Part shown: positions 43,371 to 56,247 of the stretch, one piece after another
Numbering within the stretch: the stretch's first letter is position 1
Layout of the letters: the number at the start of each line of letters is the position of its first letter
Assembly: GCA_036666995.1 (NCBI GenBank)
Contig: JAVWUU010000001.1
Coordinates: forward strand, 1-63,336
DNA: 63,336 bases
Reading direction: 5' to 3'
DNA from: Thermomonas sp.
GTDB lineage: Bacteria > Pseudomonadota > Gammaproteobacteria > Xanthomonadales > Xanthomonadaceae
Translations under genes and position numbers: made by a program
The notes under the pieces: model-generated
Database searches by the model: none
What the model saw: only the letters and a program-made list of their open reading frames with translations
Told to the model about the DNA's origin: nothing

Positions 43371-44354
43371 TCAGAGCAGGTGGGCGACACCGGCGCGCTC
43401 TTCTTCGAGCTCGGCCAAGGTCTTGTCCATCGCGGCGCGACTGAAGTCGTCGACCGGCAGGCTTTCGATGCGGGTGTACTCGCCATTGGCGCAGGTCACC
43501 GGCACGCCGTACATCACGCCTTCCGGGATGCCGTAGCTGCCGTCGGACGGCACGCCCATGGTCACCCACTTGCCGTCGGTGCCGAGCGCCCAGTCGCGGA
43601 TGTGGTCGATCGCGGCATTCGCGGCCGATGCGGCGGACGACAGCCCGCGCGCCTCGATGATCGCGGCGCCACGCTTGCCGACCTGCGGGATGAAGGTGTT
43701 GGCGTTCCAGTCGGCGTCGCCGATCTTGTCCGGCAGCGACTCGCCGCCCACGGTCGCGAAGCGGTAGTCCGGATACATCGTCGGGCTGTGGTTGCCCCAC
43801 ACGACCAGCCTCTCGATGTCGGCCACGGCCACGCCAGCCTTGTTGGCCAGCTGCGACAGCGCGCGGTTGTGGTCCAGGCGCAGCATCGCGGTGAAGTTCT
43901 TCGCCGGCAGGTCCGGGGCGGACTTCATCGCGATATAGGCATTGGTGTTGGCCGGGTTGCCGACCACCAGCACCTTGACGTTGCGGCTGGCGACCTTGTT
44001 CAGCGCCGCGCCCTGCGCGGTGAAGATCTTGGCGTTTTCCAGCAGCAGGTCCTTGCGCTCCATGCCCGGGCCACGCGGACGCGCGCCGACCAGCAGGGCG
44101 TAGTCGGCGTCCTTGAACGCGACTTCGGCGTCATCGGTGCCGACCATGCCGGCCAGCAGCGGGAACGCGCAATCTTCCAGCTCCATCATCACGCCCTTCA
44201 GCGCGGCCTGGGCCTTCTCCATCGGCAGTTCCAGCATCTGCAGGATCACCGGCTGGTCCTTGCCCAGCATTTCGCCGGAGGCGATGCGGAACAGCAGGGC
44301 GTAACCGATCTGGCCGGCGGCACCGGTCACTGCAACACGGACGGGGGCTTTCAT
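43371..44354 (-). CDS. mdh: Malate dehydrogenase
   Basis: [35 protein letters not shown]. Confidence 0.96.
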   Translation of the reverse strand: MKAPVRVAVTGAAGQIGYALLFRIASGEMLGKDQPVILQMLELPMEKAQAALKGVMMELEDCAFPLLAGMVGTDDAEVAFKDADYALLVGARPRGPGMERKDLLLENAKIFTAQGAALNKVASRNVKVLVVGNPANTNAYIAMKSAPDLPAKNFTAMLRLDHNRALSQLANKAGVAVADIERLVVWGNHSPTMYPDYRFATVGGESLPDKIGDADWNANTFIPQVGKRGAAIIEARGLSSAASAANAAIDHIRDWALGTDGKWVTMGVPSDGSYGIPEGVMYGVPVTCANGEYTRIESLPVDDFSRAAMDKTLAELEEERAGVAHLL

Positions 44355-44411
44355 TGTTTCGACTCCTGGATGACGGTGCGGCGTGGGGCCGCGTCGATTG
44401 TTCGATGTGAC

Positions 44412-45614
44412 TTACGCCAGCTCGGCGAAGAATTCCTGGATGCGCGCCAGGCCCGGCGCGAGTTGCGGCGTCGGGCAGGTGTAGCTGATGCGCAGCGCGC
44501 GCGGCTCGCCGAACGCGGAGCCCGGCACGCAGGCCACGCCCTTGGCTTCCAGCAGGACATTGCAGAAGTCGACGTCGTTTTCGATCTTCGTGCCGTTATG
44601 CGACTTGCCGAACGCGCTGCTGATGTCGGGGAACACGTAGAACGCACCCTGCGGACGCGGGCAGACCACGCCCGGGATCGCGTCCATCACCGCCATCACC
44701 TGGTCGCGCTTGGCCTGGAACTCGTCGCACTTCTGCGTCGGTACGTCCTGCGGGCCGGACAGTGCGGCGATCGCCGCGGCGCAGACCACTTCCGGAAGAT
44801 TGGTGATGTGGTTGGAATTCATCGTGGTCACGGCCTTGGCCACCGACTCCGGCCCGGCCATGAAGCCCACGCGCCAGCCCGGCATGCCGTAGGTCTTGGA
44901 CAGCGAGTCGATGAAGATCGCGCGGTCGCGCAACTCGGGGCGAACCTGCACGAAGTTCACGTACTCCAGCCCGTCGAACAGCATGCGGTTGTAGATGTCG
45001 TCCATGACGATCCACGTGTCCGGATACTTCACCAGCACATCCGCCAACGCCGCGATTTCTTCGCGGCCGTAGACCATGCCGGTCGGATTGGACGGATTGT
45101 TGAAGAGGAAGACCTTCGGCTTGTGGGTCGCCAGCGCCTCGTCCAGCTGCGCCGGGGTCAGCTTGTAGTCCTGCGATGCCGGGCACGGCAGGGTGACGGC
45201 CTTGGCGTTCACGATTTCGGCGATGTCGAGATACGTGGTCCAGTACGGCGTCGGGAAGGCGATCGCATCGCCTTCGTCCAGCAAGGCCTCGGCGAGGTTG
45301 TAGATCACGTGCTTGGCGCCGATGCCGGTCGAGCAGTTGGCGCGGCCGTAGCCGGTCAACCCGATCGCTTCCATGTGCGCAATGAAGGCATCGAGTAGCG
45401 CATCGGGGCCGCGGTTGCTGCCGTACTGGCCGCTGTCCTTGGCCAATGCTTCGCGCGCGGCGGCATAGACATGGTCGCCGGGCAGGAAGTTGGGGACGCC
45501 GATCGAGAAGCTGATGATGTCGCGGCCTTCCGCCTTCAGGCGCTTGGCCTTCTCGGCGACGGCCATGATGGCGCTGGGCTTGGCGCGACTCATGCGCCGG
45601 GCGAGTTGAGGCAT
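44412..45614 (-). CDS. PLP-dependent class I aminotransferase (aspartate aminotransferase-like)
   Basis: NNPSNPTG, DDIY, SLSKTYGMPGWRVG. Confidence 0.92.
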   Translation of the reverse strand: MPQLARRMSRAKPSAIMAVAEKAKRLKAEGRDIISFSIGVPNFLPGDHVYAAAREALAKDSGQYGSNRGPDALLDAFIAHMEAIGLTGYGRANCSTGIGAKHVIYNLAEALLDEGDAIAFPTPYWTTYLDIAEIVNAKAVTLPCPASQDYKLTPAQLDEALATHKPKVFLFNNPSNPTGMVYGREEIAALADVLVKYPDTWIVMDDIYNRMLFDGLEYVNFVQVRPELRDRAIFIDSLSKTYGMPGWRVGFMAGPESVAKAVTTMNSNHITNLPEVVCAAAIAALSGPQDVPTQKCDEFQAKRDQVMAVMDAIPGVVCPRPQGAFYVFPDISSAFGKSHNGTKIENDVDFCNVLLEAKGVACVPGSAFGEPRALRISYTCPTPQLAPGLARIQEFFAELA

Positions 45615-45727
45615 CGTGGGGGAACCTCGAAAAGGCCGCGTGGCGCGGCATGAGAAGGGCAAGCAGCGTGGATAAAGCCGCGGGATTTTAACACAGGGGT
45701 CGATCCCGCCCGGCCCTGCCCGGCAAC

Positions 45728-45753
45728 AAAAAAGGCGGCCGAAGCCGCCTTTT
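45728..45753 (-). terminator. Terminator downstream of the PPIase gene
   Basis: AAAAGGCGGC-ttcg-GCCGCCTTTTTT on the minus strand. Confidence 0.85.
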
Positions 45754-45775
45754 CGTCAAGCAACGCGCCGATGGC

Positions 45776-46270
45776 TCAGGCGGCGAGGATCTTGTTCCAC
45801 TCGGCAACCTTCTCTGCCTTGGCGGCCAGCACGGCATCGGTGTCGCCTTCGATCTTCACCGACGTGATCAGGTCGCCCTGCTTCACTGCGTCGACCACGT
45901 CCAGGCCCTGGATCACCTTGCCGAACACGGTGTGCTTGCCGTCCAGCCAGTCGGTCTTGATGTGGGTAATGAAGAACTGGCTGCCATTGGTGTTCGGGCC
46001 GGCATTCGCCATCGAGAGGACGCCGCGCTCGTGCTTCACGCCATTGTTGGTCTCGTCCTCGAAGCGGTAACCCGGGCCGCCACGGCCGGAACCCTCGGGG
46101 CAGCCGCCCTGGATCATGAAATCCGGGATGACGCGGTGGAAATTCAGGCCGTCGTAGAAGCCGCGCTTGGCCAGGTTGACGAAATTGGCGACGGTCAGCG
46201 GGGCCTTGTCGGGGTAGAGCTCGACCTGGATCGGGCCGCGGGCGGTGTCGAAGGTGGCGATCAGGGACAT
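45776..46270 (-). CDS. Cyclophilin-type peptidyl-prolyl isomerase
   Basis: FHRVIPDFMIQGG, LSMANAGPNTNGSQFFIT, LDGKHTVFG. Confidence 0.95.
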   Translation of the reverse strand: MSLIATFDTARGPIQVELYPDKAPLTVANFVNLAKRGFYDGLNFHRVIPDFMIQGGCPEGSGRGGPGYRFEDETNNGVKHERGVLSMANAGPNTNGSQFFITHIKTDWLDGKHTVFGKVIQGLDVVDAVKQGDLITSVKIEGDTDAVLAAKAEKVAEWNKILAA

Positions 46271-46316
46271 TTCGGATTCCTTTCGGTCTGGTCAGGCGCT
46301 GGACGCCGGGGCCGGC

Positions 46317-46322
46317 TATAAT
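46317..46322 (+). promoter_or_regulatory. Putative -10 box of typA
   Basis: Perfect TATAAT in a GC-rich intergenic region 60 bp before the typA ATG; no clear -35. Confidence 0.55.
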
Positions 46323-46382
46323 ACTCGGCTTCCCTTCCTGACCTTCGTGCCCGGCCTGAACCGCAAGCGGCGCGCATTCCCC

Positions 46383-48227
<1,845 letters not shown>

Positions 48228-48247
48228 GCACAAGCCGGGAACACGCG

Positions 48248-48793
48248 GTGAGTGTGTTCCTCGGCTGGATGCCCGACGCGGCCATGCAGGCCGCGCTGGC
48301 TGACCTGCAACAAGGCATCCGCGCGACATTGCCGGCGGATGCACCGCGCCACGACTGGCGCAGCCCAGCGCAGTGGCACATGACCCTGCGCTACCTCGGC
48401 GAATCCATCGACGACGCGCAACGCATGCGCATCGAGACCGCACTGCAGGCGCTGGCATCGGAGTCGGCCGCAGCCGATGCATCGCTGGTCGGCGCGCAGT
48501 ACTGGCCGCACGCAAAGGTGCTGGTCGCGAAGATCGCCCCATCGGATGCACTCAAGGCGCTGCTGAAACAACTCGAAACGAGCATGCAGGGCTGCGGCTT
48601 CGCCAAGGAACGCGCGCAGACCGCGCATGTCACCCTCGCTTACCTGCCCCATCGCGATGCGCCCGCGCAGCCGGCGTCACTCGCCACCCCGGTGCCGTTA
48701 CGCATCGATCGCGTGCAGCTCTTGCGCACGGTGCCCGGCGCCTACATGTCGCTTGCATCTTGGCCGCTGGCCAGCGCATCGACCGACGCATGA
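48248..48793 (+). CDS. thpR: RNA 2',3'-cyclic phosphodiesterase (2H family)
   Basis: Two HxT motifs: WHMTLRYLG and AHVTLAY. Confidence 0.82.
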   Translation: MSVFLGWMPDAAMQAALADLQQGIRATLPADAPRHDWRSPAQWHMTLRYLGESIDDAQRMRIETALQALASESAAADASLVGAQYWPHAKVLVAKIAPSDALKALLKQLETSMQGCGFAKERAQTAHVTLAYLPHRDAPAQPASLATPVPLRIDRVQLLRTVPGAYMSLASWPLASASTDA

Positions 48794-49257
48794 CCCAGCA
48801 GGACTACAACCCCGATCCCCACGCGCATCCCGGCCTGCATGTCATCGCCGTGGTGGAAGCGGTCAAGGGCGCGCTCGCATTGGTCGCTGCCAGCGGGCTG
48901 GAGCTGCTGGGTCCCGCGCCACTGCAGCGATGGCTCGCGGAACTCATCGCCCACTTCCAGCTCGACCCGGATACCGGCGCGATGGCGTGGCTGGCGCATG
49001 CGATCAATCCGGGCTCGGTGCATCTCGCCGCCGGCGTCGCCCTGCTCTACGGCATCGTCCACCTGATCGAAGGCTGGGGCCTCTGGCGCGCGAAGGCCTG
49101 GGCGTCATGGCTGGGTTGCATCGCAGCCGCAGCGTACCTGCCGTTCGACCTCTACGCCTTTGCCGTGCACCGCCACTGGCTGGAAGCCGCCGTGGTCGCG
49201 ATCAACCTGCTGGTGGTCTGGGTGCTCGCGCGCGACCTGCGCAAGCGCCGCCGGTGA
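48790..49257 (+). CDS. DUF2127 family membrane protein
   Basis: IAVVEAVKG...IEGWGLW...YLPF pattern; ATGA overlap with thpR. Confidence 0.82.
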   Translation: MTQQDYNPDPHAHPGLHVIAVVEAVKGALALVAASGLELLGPAPLQRWLAELIAHFQLDPDTGAMAWLAHAINPGSVHLAAGVALLYGIVHLIEGWGLWRAKAWASWLGCIAAAAYLPFDLYAFAVHRHWLEAAVVAINLLVVWVLARDLRKRRR

Positions 49258-49314
49258 GTTGATCGCCGGCGCGGCAACGGGGATGCTTGCGCATTCCCGA
49301 CTGGAACCACGCCG

Positions 49315-50928
49315 ATGCGCCGCCTTGCCCTCGCGACCTCGCTGTCGCTGCTCGTTGCCTGCCAGCCCGCATCGAAGTCTCCCGGCACCGATGCACCAGC
49401 GCCTACCGCCGCGCAGGCGCCCGCTGCGTTCGCATTCGAGGAAGCCGACATCGCATCGCTGCAGAAGCAGCTGGCCGATGGTTCGCTGAGCAGCCGCAAA
49501 CTGACGCAGGCCTACCTCGACCGCATTGCCGCGATCGACGACGCCGGCCCGACGCTCAACGCCGTCATCGAGACCAATCCCGACGCGCTCAAGGACGCCG
49601 ACGCGCTGGACGCCGAACGCAAGGCAGGCAAGGTGCGCGGGCCATTGCACGGCATCCCGGTCCTGCTGAAGGACAACATCGATGCGGTGCCGATGGTGAA
49701 TTCCGCCGGTTCATTGGCGCTGGCATCGCACAAGCCGAAGGCCGATGCGTTCCTGGTCGCAAAACTGCGCGAGGCTGGCGCGGTGATCCTGGGCAAGACC
49801 AACCTCAGCGAGTGGGCAAATTTCCGCTCCACCCGCTCGACCTCCGGCTGGAGCGGGCGCGGCGGCCAGACGCACAATCCGTATGCGCTGGATCGGAATC
49901 CCTGCGGATCGAGCGCCGGCACCGGCAGCGCGATCGCCGCGAACCTGGCCGCGGTCGGCATCGGCACCGAGACCGACGGCAGCATCCTCTGCCCGTCCGC
50001 TGTTGCCGGCTTGGTGGGACTCAAGCCAACGGTGGGCCTGGTGAGCCGCAGCGGCATCATCCCGATCTCGGCTTCGCAGGACACCGCCGGCCCGATGACG
50101 CGCAGCGTGGCCGATGCAGCAGCGCTGCTGACCGCCATCGCCGCGGTCGATGACCGTGATGCCGCAACGAAGGAATACGTGGCGCGAGCCGCCATCGACT
50201 ACACGACGCATCTCAAGGCGGATGCCCTGAAGGGCGCGCGCATTGGCGTGGTGCGCAAGCTGATGGGCTACCAGCCGGATACCGATGCCGCGTTCGAGCG
50301 CGCCATCGCGGCGATGAAGGCCGCCGGTGCGAGGGTCGTGGACGCCGAGATTCCCACCCTGGGGCAATGGGACAAGGACGAATACGAAGTCCTGCTGTAC
50401 GAGTTCAAGGCGGGCTTGAACGACTACCTGGCCAGTAGCGGCGCCCCGCACAAGACACTGGCCGACCTGATCGCCTTCAACACGCAGAATGCGAAAGAGG
50501 AGATGCCCTTCTTTGCTCAGGAAATTTTCGAACAGGCGAACGCAAAGGGACCGTTGACCGATGCGGCCTACATCGCAGCGCGCGACAAGGCGCGCAAGCT
50601 GGCCGGCCCGCAAGGCATCGACGCCGCATTGAAGGCGCAGCAGCTGGACGCCTTGGTCGCGCCGGCGATGTCGCCGGCATGGCCCACCGATCCGGTCAAC
50701 GCCGACCATTTCACCGGCGCGGGTTACGGCGCGGCCGCGGTCGCGCGCTATCCCAGCATCACCGTGCCGATGGGCGACGTGCACGGCCTGCCGGTCGGCA
50801 TCGCCTTCATGGGCACGGCATGGAGCGAAGCGCGGTTGATCGAACTGGCTTATGCGTACGAACAGGCCAGCAAGGCGCGCAAGCCGCCGACCTTCCCGGC
50901 CAGCATCAGGGTCGGCGCGGCGAGGTGA
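49315..50928 (+). CDS. Amidase-signature family amidase, lipoprotein
   Basis: Lipobox LVAC; GPLHGIPVLLKDN, GKTNLSEWAN, CGSSAG, GTETDGSI. Confidence 0.92.
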   Translation: MRRLALATSLSLLVACQPASKSPGTDAPAPTAAQAPAAFAFEEADIASLQKQLADGSLSSRKLTQAYLDRIAAIDDAGPTLNAVIETNPDALKDADALDAERKAGKVRGPLHGIPVLLKDNIDAVPMVNSAGSLALASHKPKADAFLVAKLREAGAVILGKTNLSEWANFRSTRSTSGWSGRGGQTHNPYALDRNPCGSSAGTGSAIAANLAAVGIGTETDGSILCPSAVAGLVGLKPTVGLVSRSGIIPISASQDTAGPMTRSVADAAALLTAIAAVDDRDAATKEYVARAAIDYTTHLKADALKGARIGVVRKLMGYQPDTDAAFERAIAAMKAAGARVVDAEIPTLGQWDKDEYEVLLYEFKAGLNDYLASSGAPHKTLADLIAFNTQNAKEEMPFFAQEIFEQANAKGPLTDAAYIAARDKARKLAGPQGIDAALKAQQLDALVAPAMSPAWPTDPVNADHFTGAGYGAAAVARYPSITVPMGDVHGLPVGIAFMGTAWSEARLIELAYAYEQASKARKPPTFPASIRVGAAR

Positions 50929-50941
50929 TCCGCCGGGCCGA

Positions 50942-52330
50942 TCAGGCGTTCGCGATCGGTCCGCGCTTGCGCACGATCAGCATCGCGATCTCCAGCGCCT
51001 GCTCGTAGTTGAGGCGCGGATCCACGGTGGTGCGGTAGGCGCGCTGCAGGTCGATCTCGGTCAGGTCGCGCGCACCGCCGAGGCATTCGGTGACGTTCTC
51101 GCCGGTCAGCTCCAGGTGCACGCCACCAAGGCGGGTGCCGGCCGCGGCGTGCAGGTCGAAGGCCTGCTCGATCTCGCTGCGGATGTTGGCGAAGCGGCGG
51201 GTCTTGTAGCCGTTGCTGGTCGATTCGGTGTTGCCGTGCATCGCGTCGCAGATCCACAGCACGCGGCGGCCTTCGCGCTTTACGGCATCGAGCAGCGTGG
51301 GCAGCTTCGTCGCGATGTGTTCCGCACCCATGCGGTGAATCAGCCCGAGCCGGCCCGGCTCGTTGTCCGGATTCAGCACATCGATCAGGCGCAGCAACTG
51401 GTCCGGCGTCACCGACGGTCCGACCTTCACCGCGACCGGGTTGCGGATGCCGCGGAAATATTCGGTGTGCGCGCCGTCCAGCGCGGCGGTGCGCATGCCG
51501 ATCCACGGGAAATGCGTGCTCAGGTTGAACCAGCCCGGCTGGCGCGGCACCTGGCGGGTCTGCGCTTCCTCGTAAGGAAGCAGCAGGGCTTCGTGCGAGG
51601 TGTAGAAATCCACCCGGTTGAGGTTGTGCATCTGCCCGCCGGCCAGCGTTTCCATGAAGCGCACGGCATCGCCGATGCTGGCCACCATCTTCTGGTATTC
51701 GGTGGCGTGCGGCGACTGGCTGACCCAGCCCAGTCCCCAGTACTCGGGGTGGTGCAGGTCGGCGAAACCGCCATCGATCAGCGAGCGCACGAAGTTCATC
51801 GTCATCGCCGAACGCGCATGCGCCTTGATCATCCGCCGCGGGTCGGGAATGCGCGCATCGGGGGTGAATTCCGGCCCGTTGACCATGTCGCCGCGGTAGC
51901 TCGGCAGGGTCACGTCACCCTTGGTTTCCAGGTCGGTGGAACGCGGCTTGGCGTACTGGCCGGCGAACCGGCCGACGCGCACCACCGGCAGCTTCAACCC
52001 GTGCACCAGCACCAGGCTCATCTGCAGCAATACCTTCAGCCGGTTGGAGATGACCTCCGAGTTGCACTCGGCGAAGGTCTCCGCGCAATCACCGCCCTGC
52101 AACAGGAAGCGCTTGCCCTCCTGCGCTTCGGCTAGTTGCTGCTTGAGGGTGAGGATCTCCCACGACGTCACCAGCGGCGGCAGCGCGCGCAATTCGTCCT
52201 GCGCGGCTGATAGTGCGGCAGCGTCCGGGTATTGCGGCAATTGCAGGGCCGGCTTCGCGCGCCAGCTGTCCGGCGCCCATGGCGTGGCGTGGGAGGCGGG
52301 CGTGACGGGAAGCGGGGTGACGGACGACAT
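50942..52330 (-). CDS. Class II DAHP synthase
   Basis: LLQGGDCAE, GRFAGQYAKPRS, YTSHEALLL, WIGMRT, DPRLN; start approximate. Confidence 0.93.
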   Translation of the reverse strand: MSSVTPLPVTPASHATPWAPDSWRAKPALQLPQYPDAAALSAAQDELRALPPLVTSWEILTLKQQLAEAQEGKRFLLQGGDCAETFAECNSEVISNRLKVLLQMSLVLVHGLKLPVVRVGRFAGQYAKPRSTDLETKGDVTLPSYRGDMVNGPEFTPDARIPDPRRMIKAHARSAMTMNFVRSLIDGGFADLHHPEYWGLGWVSQSPHATEYQKMVASIGDAVRFMETLAGGQMHNLNRVDFYTSHEALLLPYEEAQTRQVPRQPGWFNLSTHFPWIGMRTAALDGAHTEYFRGIRNPVAVKVGPSVTPDQLLRLIDVLNPDNEPGRLGLIHRMGAEHIATKLPTLLDAVKREGRRVLWICDAMHGNTESTSNGYKTRRFANIRSEIEQAFDLHAAAGTRLGGVHLELTGENVTECLGGARDLTEIDLQRAYRTTVDPRLNYEQALEIAMLIVRKRGPIANA

Positions 52331-52393
52331 GACGCAGACCGATGCAGGGATGATGCGCTGCATCATCCGCCGCATGCCGTGGTGCTGCAACCG

Positions 52394-52912
52394 TTACCGG
52401 TGGAACCTATGGTGATGTCGACGTTTGAAACCGGCATACAGCGCGCCCAGTCCCAGCGCGACGAAAAACACCAGGCACCACATCGGCATGCTCAGGCCGA
52501 GGAACTTCCAGTCGATGTTGCTGCAGTCGCCTGTGGCCAGCAGCACGTTGCGCGCCGCGCCCAGCCACGAATGCTGTTCGACGATGAAGTTGAGCCCGGG
52601 ACCGCAGCTTGGAAATGCGGGCGGATTCAGTTGTACCCAGGAATGGCGTCCCGCGTAGCCGGCACCCACCGCGGCCGCGACGAACGCAAGCAGCGACCAC
52701 GCCTTGCGTCCACCCGGTGCACGCGGTGCATGCAGGCCGCCCAGCAGGAACACGATGCCGAGCGCCGCAAAGGCGATGCGCTGGAAAATGCAGAACGGGC
52801 ACGGGTCGATGCCGAGCCGGAACTGCACATAGAGCGCATAGCCGAGCAACGCGGCACAGACCGCGAATCCGAGCAGGAACTGACTGCGGAACGACCAGCG
52901 GAACGGATTCAT
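52394..52912 (-). CDS. dsbB: Disulfide bond formation protein B
   Basis: PCPFCIFQR, SCGPG, GDC...W.FLGLSMPMW. Confidence 0.93.
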   Translation of the reverse strand: MNPFRWSFRSQFLLGFAVCAALLGYALYVQFRLGIDPCPFCIFQRIAFAALGIVFLLGGLHAPRAPGGRKAWSLLAFVAAAVGAGYAGRHSWVQLNPPAFPSCGPGLNFIVEQHSWLGAARNVLLATGDCSNIDWKFLGLSMPMWCLVFFVALGLGALYAGFKRRHHHRFHR

Positions 52913-52958
52913 GCGCCTGCCTTGCGTGGGGGTCCGCCGATTATCGTCCAGACGCCCG

Positions 52959-52993
52959 AAAACGAAAAACCCCGGAAGTCCCGGGGTCTTTCG
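52959..52993 (-). terminator. Terminator of the alpha operon
   Basis: ACCCCGG/CCGGGGT stem followed by ttttcgtttt on the minus strand after rplQ. Confidence 0.75.
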
Positions 52994-53015
52994 ATGCAGC
53001 CGTTGACGCTTCCGA

Positions 53016-53390
53016 TTACTCGGCAGCAGCCTGCGGGCGATCCACCAGTTCGACGTACGCCATCGGCGCGTTGTCGCCGGCGCGGAAGCCACACTTCAGG
53101 ATGCGCAGGTAACCGCCCGGACGCTGCGCGTAACGCGGGCCCAGCACGGTGAACAGCGTGCCGACGGCTTCCTTGTCGCGCAGGCGGGAGAACGCCAGGC
53201 GGCGGTTGGCAACGCCATCGACCTTGGCCAGGGTGATCAGCGGCTCGGCGACGCGGCGCAGTTCCTTGGCCTTCGGCAGGGTGGTGCGGATCAGCTCGCT
53301 CTTGAACAGCGAGGCCGCCATGTTCGAGAACATCGCGCCGCGGTGGGCGCTGGTGCGGTTGAACTTGCGGCCGGATTTCTGGTGACGCAT
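53016..53390 (-). CDS. rplQ: 50S ribosomal protein L17
   Basis: [12 protein letters not shown]...[10 protein letters not shown]...RPGGYLRI. Confidence 0.98.
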   Translation of the reverse strand: MRHQKSGRKFNRTSAHRGAMFSNMAASLFKSELIRTTLPKAKELRRVAEPLITLAKVDGVANRRLAFSRLRDKEAVGTLFTVLGPRYAQRPGGYLRILKCGFRAGDNAPMAYVELVDRPQAAAE

Positions 53391-53693
53391 GGGAAAGATT
53401 CCTTACGAGAGAATGTTGTGTCGTTGGGTTTCGCTGTCGCCATCCTGGCGTGTGCCCTGTGTTCCGGGCGGGTGGACTGCGCTGGTCCGTGCCGGCGTCC
53501 CTTGCCGGTCGTGCCGCGAACGTTTCGTTCGTCGGCGGGGGGGGGCGTGGTGCTGGTTTCTAGCTCATTTCGATGTTGCATCAAGAGCCGAGGCCGCGGC
53601 TTTCGCCGCGTTTGCAGCCCCTGCCCTCGCGCACAGCGCTTGGGCGTTCGTTCGCGCAGGCGATGCCGGATGGCATCGCCTAGCGCGCTTCAC

Positions 53694-54692
53694 TCACCCC
53701 ATCATCCCGTGCGAGGCGATGCCGGTCGGCGGCCAGTTCTCGAGCTTCATGCCAAGCGACAGGCCACGCTGGGCCAGCACTTCCTTGATCTCGGTGAGCG
53801 ACTTCTTGCCCAGGTTCGGGGTCTTCAGCAGCTCGACTTCGGTCTTCTGGATCAGGTCGCCGATGTAGTAGATGCTCTCGGCCTTCAGGCAGTTGGCCGA
53901 ACGCACGGTCAGCTCGAGATCGTCGATCGGGCGCAACAGCACCGGATCCACGCCGCTCGCGGCCTGCTTCGGCGCACCGCGGTCGCGGTGGGTGAAGTCG
54001 CCGAACACCGACAGCTGGTCGCTGAGGATGTCGGCGGCAGTACGCACGGCTTCCTCGGCGTCGATGGTGCCGTTGGTCTCGATGTCCAGCACCAGCTTGT
54101 CGAGGTCGGTACGCTGCTCGACGCGCGCGGCTTCCACCGCGTACGCGACGCGACGGACCGGCGAGAACGAGGCGTCCAGCATCAGCTTGCCGATCGTGCG
54201 GGTTTCTTCATCCGGACGGCGGCGTGCGGCAGCCGGCTGGTAGCCGAAACCGCGGCTGATGGTGAGGCGCATGTTCAGCGCCACGTCCTTGGTCAGGTTG
54301 GCGATCACGTGGCCGGGGTTCAGTACCTCGACGTTGTGGCTGGTCTTGATGTCGCCTGCGGTGACGAGGCCCGGACCCTGCTTCTTCAGCTCCAGGGTGT
54401 CCGAGTCGCCGTTGTGCATGCGGATGGCGACATCCTTCAGGTTCAGCAGGACTTCAAGCACATCTTCTTGCAGGCCTTCGACCGTGGTGTACTCATGCAG
54501 CACGCCGTCGATTTCGACTTCGGTGATGGCGAAACCGGGGATCGAGGAGAGCAGTACCCGACGCAGCGCGTTGCCGAGGGTGTGGCCATAGCCGCGTTCC
54601 AGCGGCTCGATCACGACCTTGGCGCGGTTGTCGGTGATGCGCTCGATCTGCGGGCCGCGCGGACGCAGCACTTGGGTGGCGGTAACCGTCAT
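53694..54692 (-). CDS. rpoA: RNA polymerase alpha subunit
   Basis: [27 protein letters not shown]. Confidence 0.98.
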   Translation of the reverse strand: MTVTATQVLRPRGPQIERITDNRAKVVIEPLERGYGHTLGNALRRVLLSSIPGFAITEVEIDGVLHEYTTVEGLQEDVLEVLLNLKDVAIRMHNGDSDTLELKKQGPGLVTAGDIKTSHNVEVLNPGHVIANLTKDVALNMRLTISRGFGYQPAAARRRPDEETRTIGKLMLDASFSPVRRVAYAVEAARVEQRTDLDKLVLDIETNGTIDAEEAVRTAADILSDQLSVFGDFTHRDRGAPKQAASGVDPVLLRPIDDLELTVRSANCLKAESIYYIGDLIQKTEVELLKTPNLGKKSLTEIKEVLAQRGLSLGMKLENWPPTGIASHGMMG

Positions 54693-54744
54693 TCGTGGTG
54701 TCTCCTGCTGGCCTGCGCGCTGGGCGCAGGCCGGTGGCAATGGC

Positions 54745-55377
54745 TTACTTCGAGTACAGCTCGACGATCAGCGCTTCGTTGATGTCGCTGGGCAGGTCGC
54801 CACGCGCAGGCACGGCCTTGAACACGCCGGCGAACTTGGTGGCATCGACATCGACCCAGGACGGCGACAGGTCCATCTGCTGGGACACGGTCAGCGATTC
54901 CTTGACGCGAAGCTGGCGGGCAGCCTTCTCGGACAGGGCGATCGCATCGCCAGCCTTCACCGCGTAGGACGGCAGGTTCACCGGCTTGCCGTTGACCGTG
55001 ATGCCGCGATGCGACACCAGCTGGCGCGCGGCCGGGCGGGTGATGGCAAAGCCCATGCGGTAGACGACATTGTCCAGGCGGGTCTCCAGCAACTGCAGGA
55101 GGTTCTCGCCGGTGTTGCCCTTCTTGGTCGCAGCCTTCTTGTAGTAATTGCGGAACTGGCGCTCCAGCAGACCGTAGATACGCTTGACCTTCTGCTTCTC
55201 GCGCAGCTGGGTGGCGTAGTCGGACAGCTTGCCCTTGCGGGTCATGGTGGCGCCGTGCTGGCCGGGCTTTTGCTCCAGCTTGCACTTGGAATCGAGCGCG
55301 CGGGCCGGCGACTTCAGGCCGAGGTCGGCGCCTTCGCGACGGGCGAGCTTACAGGTGGGACCGATATAACGAGCCAT
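54745..55377 (-). CDS. rpsD: 30S ribosomal protein S4
   Basis: MARYIGP, QLREKQK, LETRLDN, IVELYSK. Confidence 0.98.
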   Translation of the reverse strand: MARYIGPTCKLARREGADLGLKSPARALDSKCKLEQKPGQHGATMTRKGKLSDYATQLREKQKVKRIYGLLERQFRNYYKKAATKKGNTGENLLQLLETRLDNVVYRMGFAITRPAARQLVSHRGITVNGKPVNLPSYAVKAGDAIALSEKAARQLRVKESLTVSQQMDLSPSWVDVDATKFAGVFKAVPARGDLPSDINEALIVELYSK

Positions 55378-55396
55378 TTTCTAATGCTCCCCGGCG

Positions 55397-55789
55397 TCAG
55401 ACGCGACGCTTCTTCGGCGGACGGCACCCGTTGTGCGGGATTGGCGTCACGTCGATGATGTTGATGATCTTGTAGCCCACGTTGTTCAACGAACGTACGG
55501 CCGACTCGCGCCCCGGGCCTGGACCCTTGATGCGCACTTCCAGCGACTTCACGCCGTAATCGAGCGCGACCTTTCCGGCCTTCTCGGCGGCGACCTGCGC
55601 GGCGAACGGGGTCGACTTGCGCGAACCGCGGAAACCCGCGCCGCCCGAAGTGGCCCACGACAGCGCATTGCCCTGGCGATCGGTGATGGTGATGATGGTG
55701 TTGTTGAAAGAAGCATGGACGTGGGCGATGCCGTCGGTGACGACGCGCTTGATCTTCTTCTTGGTCTTGGTTGCTGCAGGCTTGGCCAT
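55397..55789 (-). CDS. rpsK: 30S ribosomal protein S11
   Basis: [27 protein letters not shown]. Confidence 0.98.
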   Translation of the reverse strand: MAKPAATKTKKKIKRVVTDGIAHVHASFNNTIITITDRQGNALSWATSGGAGFRGSRKSTPFAAQVAAEKAGKVALDYGVKSLEVRIKGPGPGRESAVRSLNNVGYKIINIIDVTPIPHNGCRPPKKRRV

Positions 55790-55801
55790 GATGTCTGTTC
55801 C

Positions 55802-56158
55802 TTACTTCTTGATGGCCTTGCGCGGACCCTTGCGGGTGCGTGCATTGGTACGGGTGCGCTGGCCGCGCAGCGGCAGGCCGCGACGATGGCGCAGGCCGCG
55901 GTAGCAGGCCAGGTCCATCAGGCGCTTGATCGCCATGCCGACTTCACGACGCAGGTCGCCCTCGACCACGAACTTGCCGACTTCTGCGCGCAGGCGCTCG
56001 ACGTCCGGCTCGGACAGGTCGCGGATCTTGGTCGACGACTTCACGCCGGCCGACTCGCAAACCAGCTTGGAACGGGTACGGCCAATGCCGTAGATGCTTT
56101 GCAGCCCGACCCAGACATGCTTCTGGGCAGGCAGGTTGACGCCCGCAATACGCGCCAT
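55802..56158 (-). CDS. rpsM: 30S ribosomal protein S13
   Basis: [10 protein letters not shown]...[14 protein letters not shown]. Confidence 0.98.
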   Translation of the reverse strand: MARIAGVNLPAQKHVWVGLQSIYGIGRTRSKLVCESAGVKSSTKIRDLSEPDVERLRAEVGKFVVEGDLRREVGMAIKRLMDLACYRGLRHRRGLPLRGQRTRTNARTRKGPRKAIKK

Positions 56159-56218
56159 AAGGCGATCTCCGATAACGAAATGGCGACGGACCATGCGATC
56201 CGACGCAGTGAACACGAA

Positions 56219-56247
56219 ATTATAGTCAAGTCTCGGGCATTCAGGAA
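56219..56247 (-). promoter_or_regulatory. Putative alpha-operon promoter
   Basis: TATAAT at 56224-56219 with TTCCTG 17 bp upstream, about 60 bp before rpsM. Confidence 0.6.
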
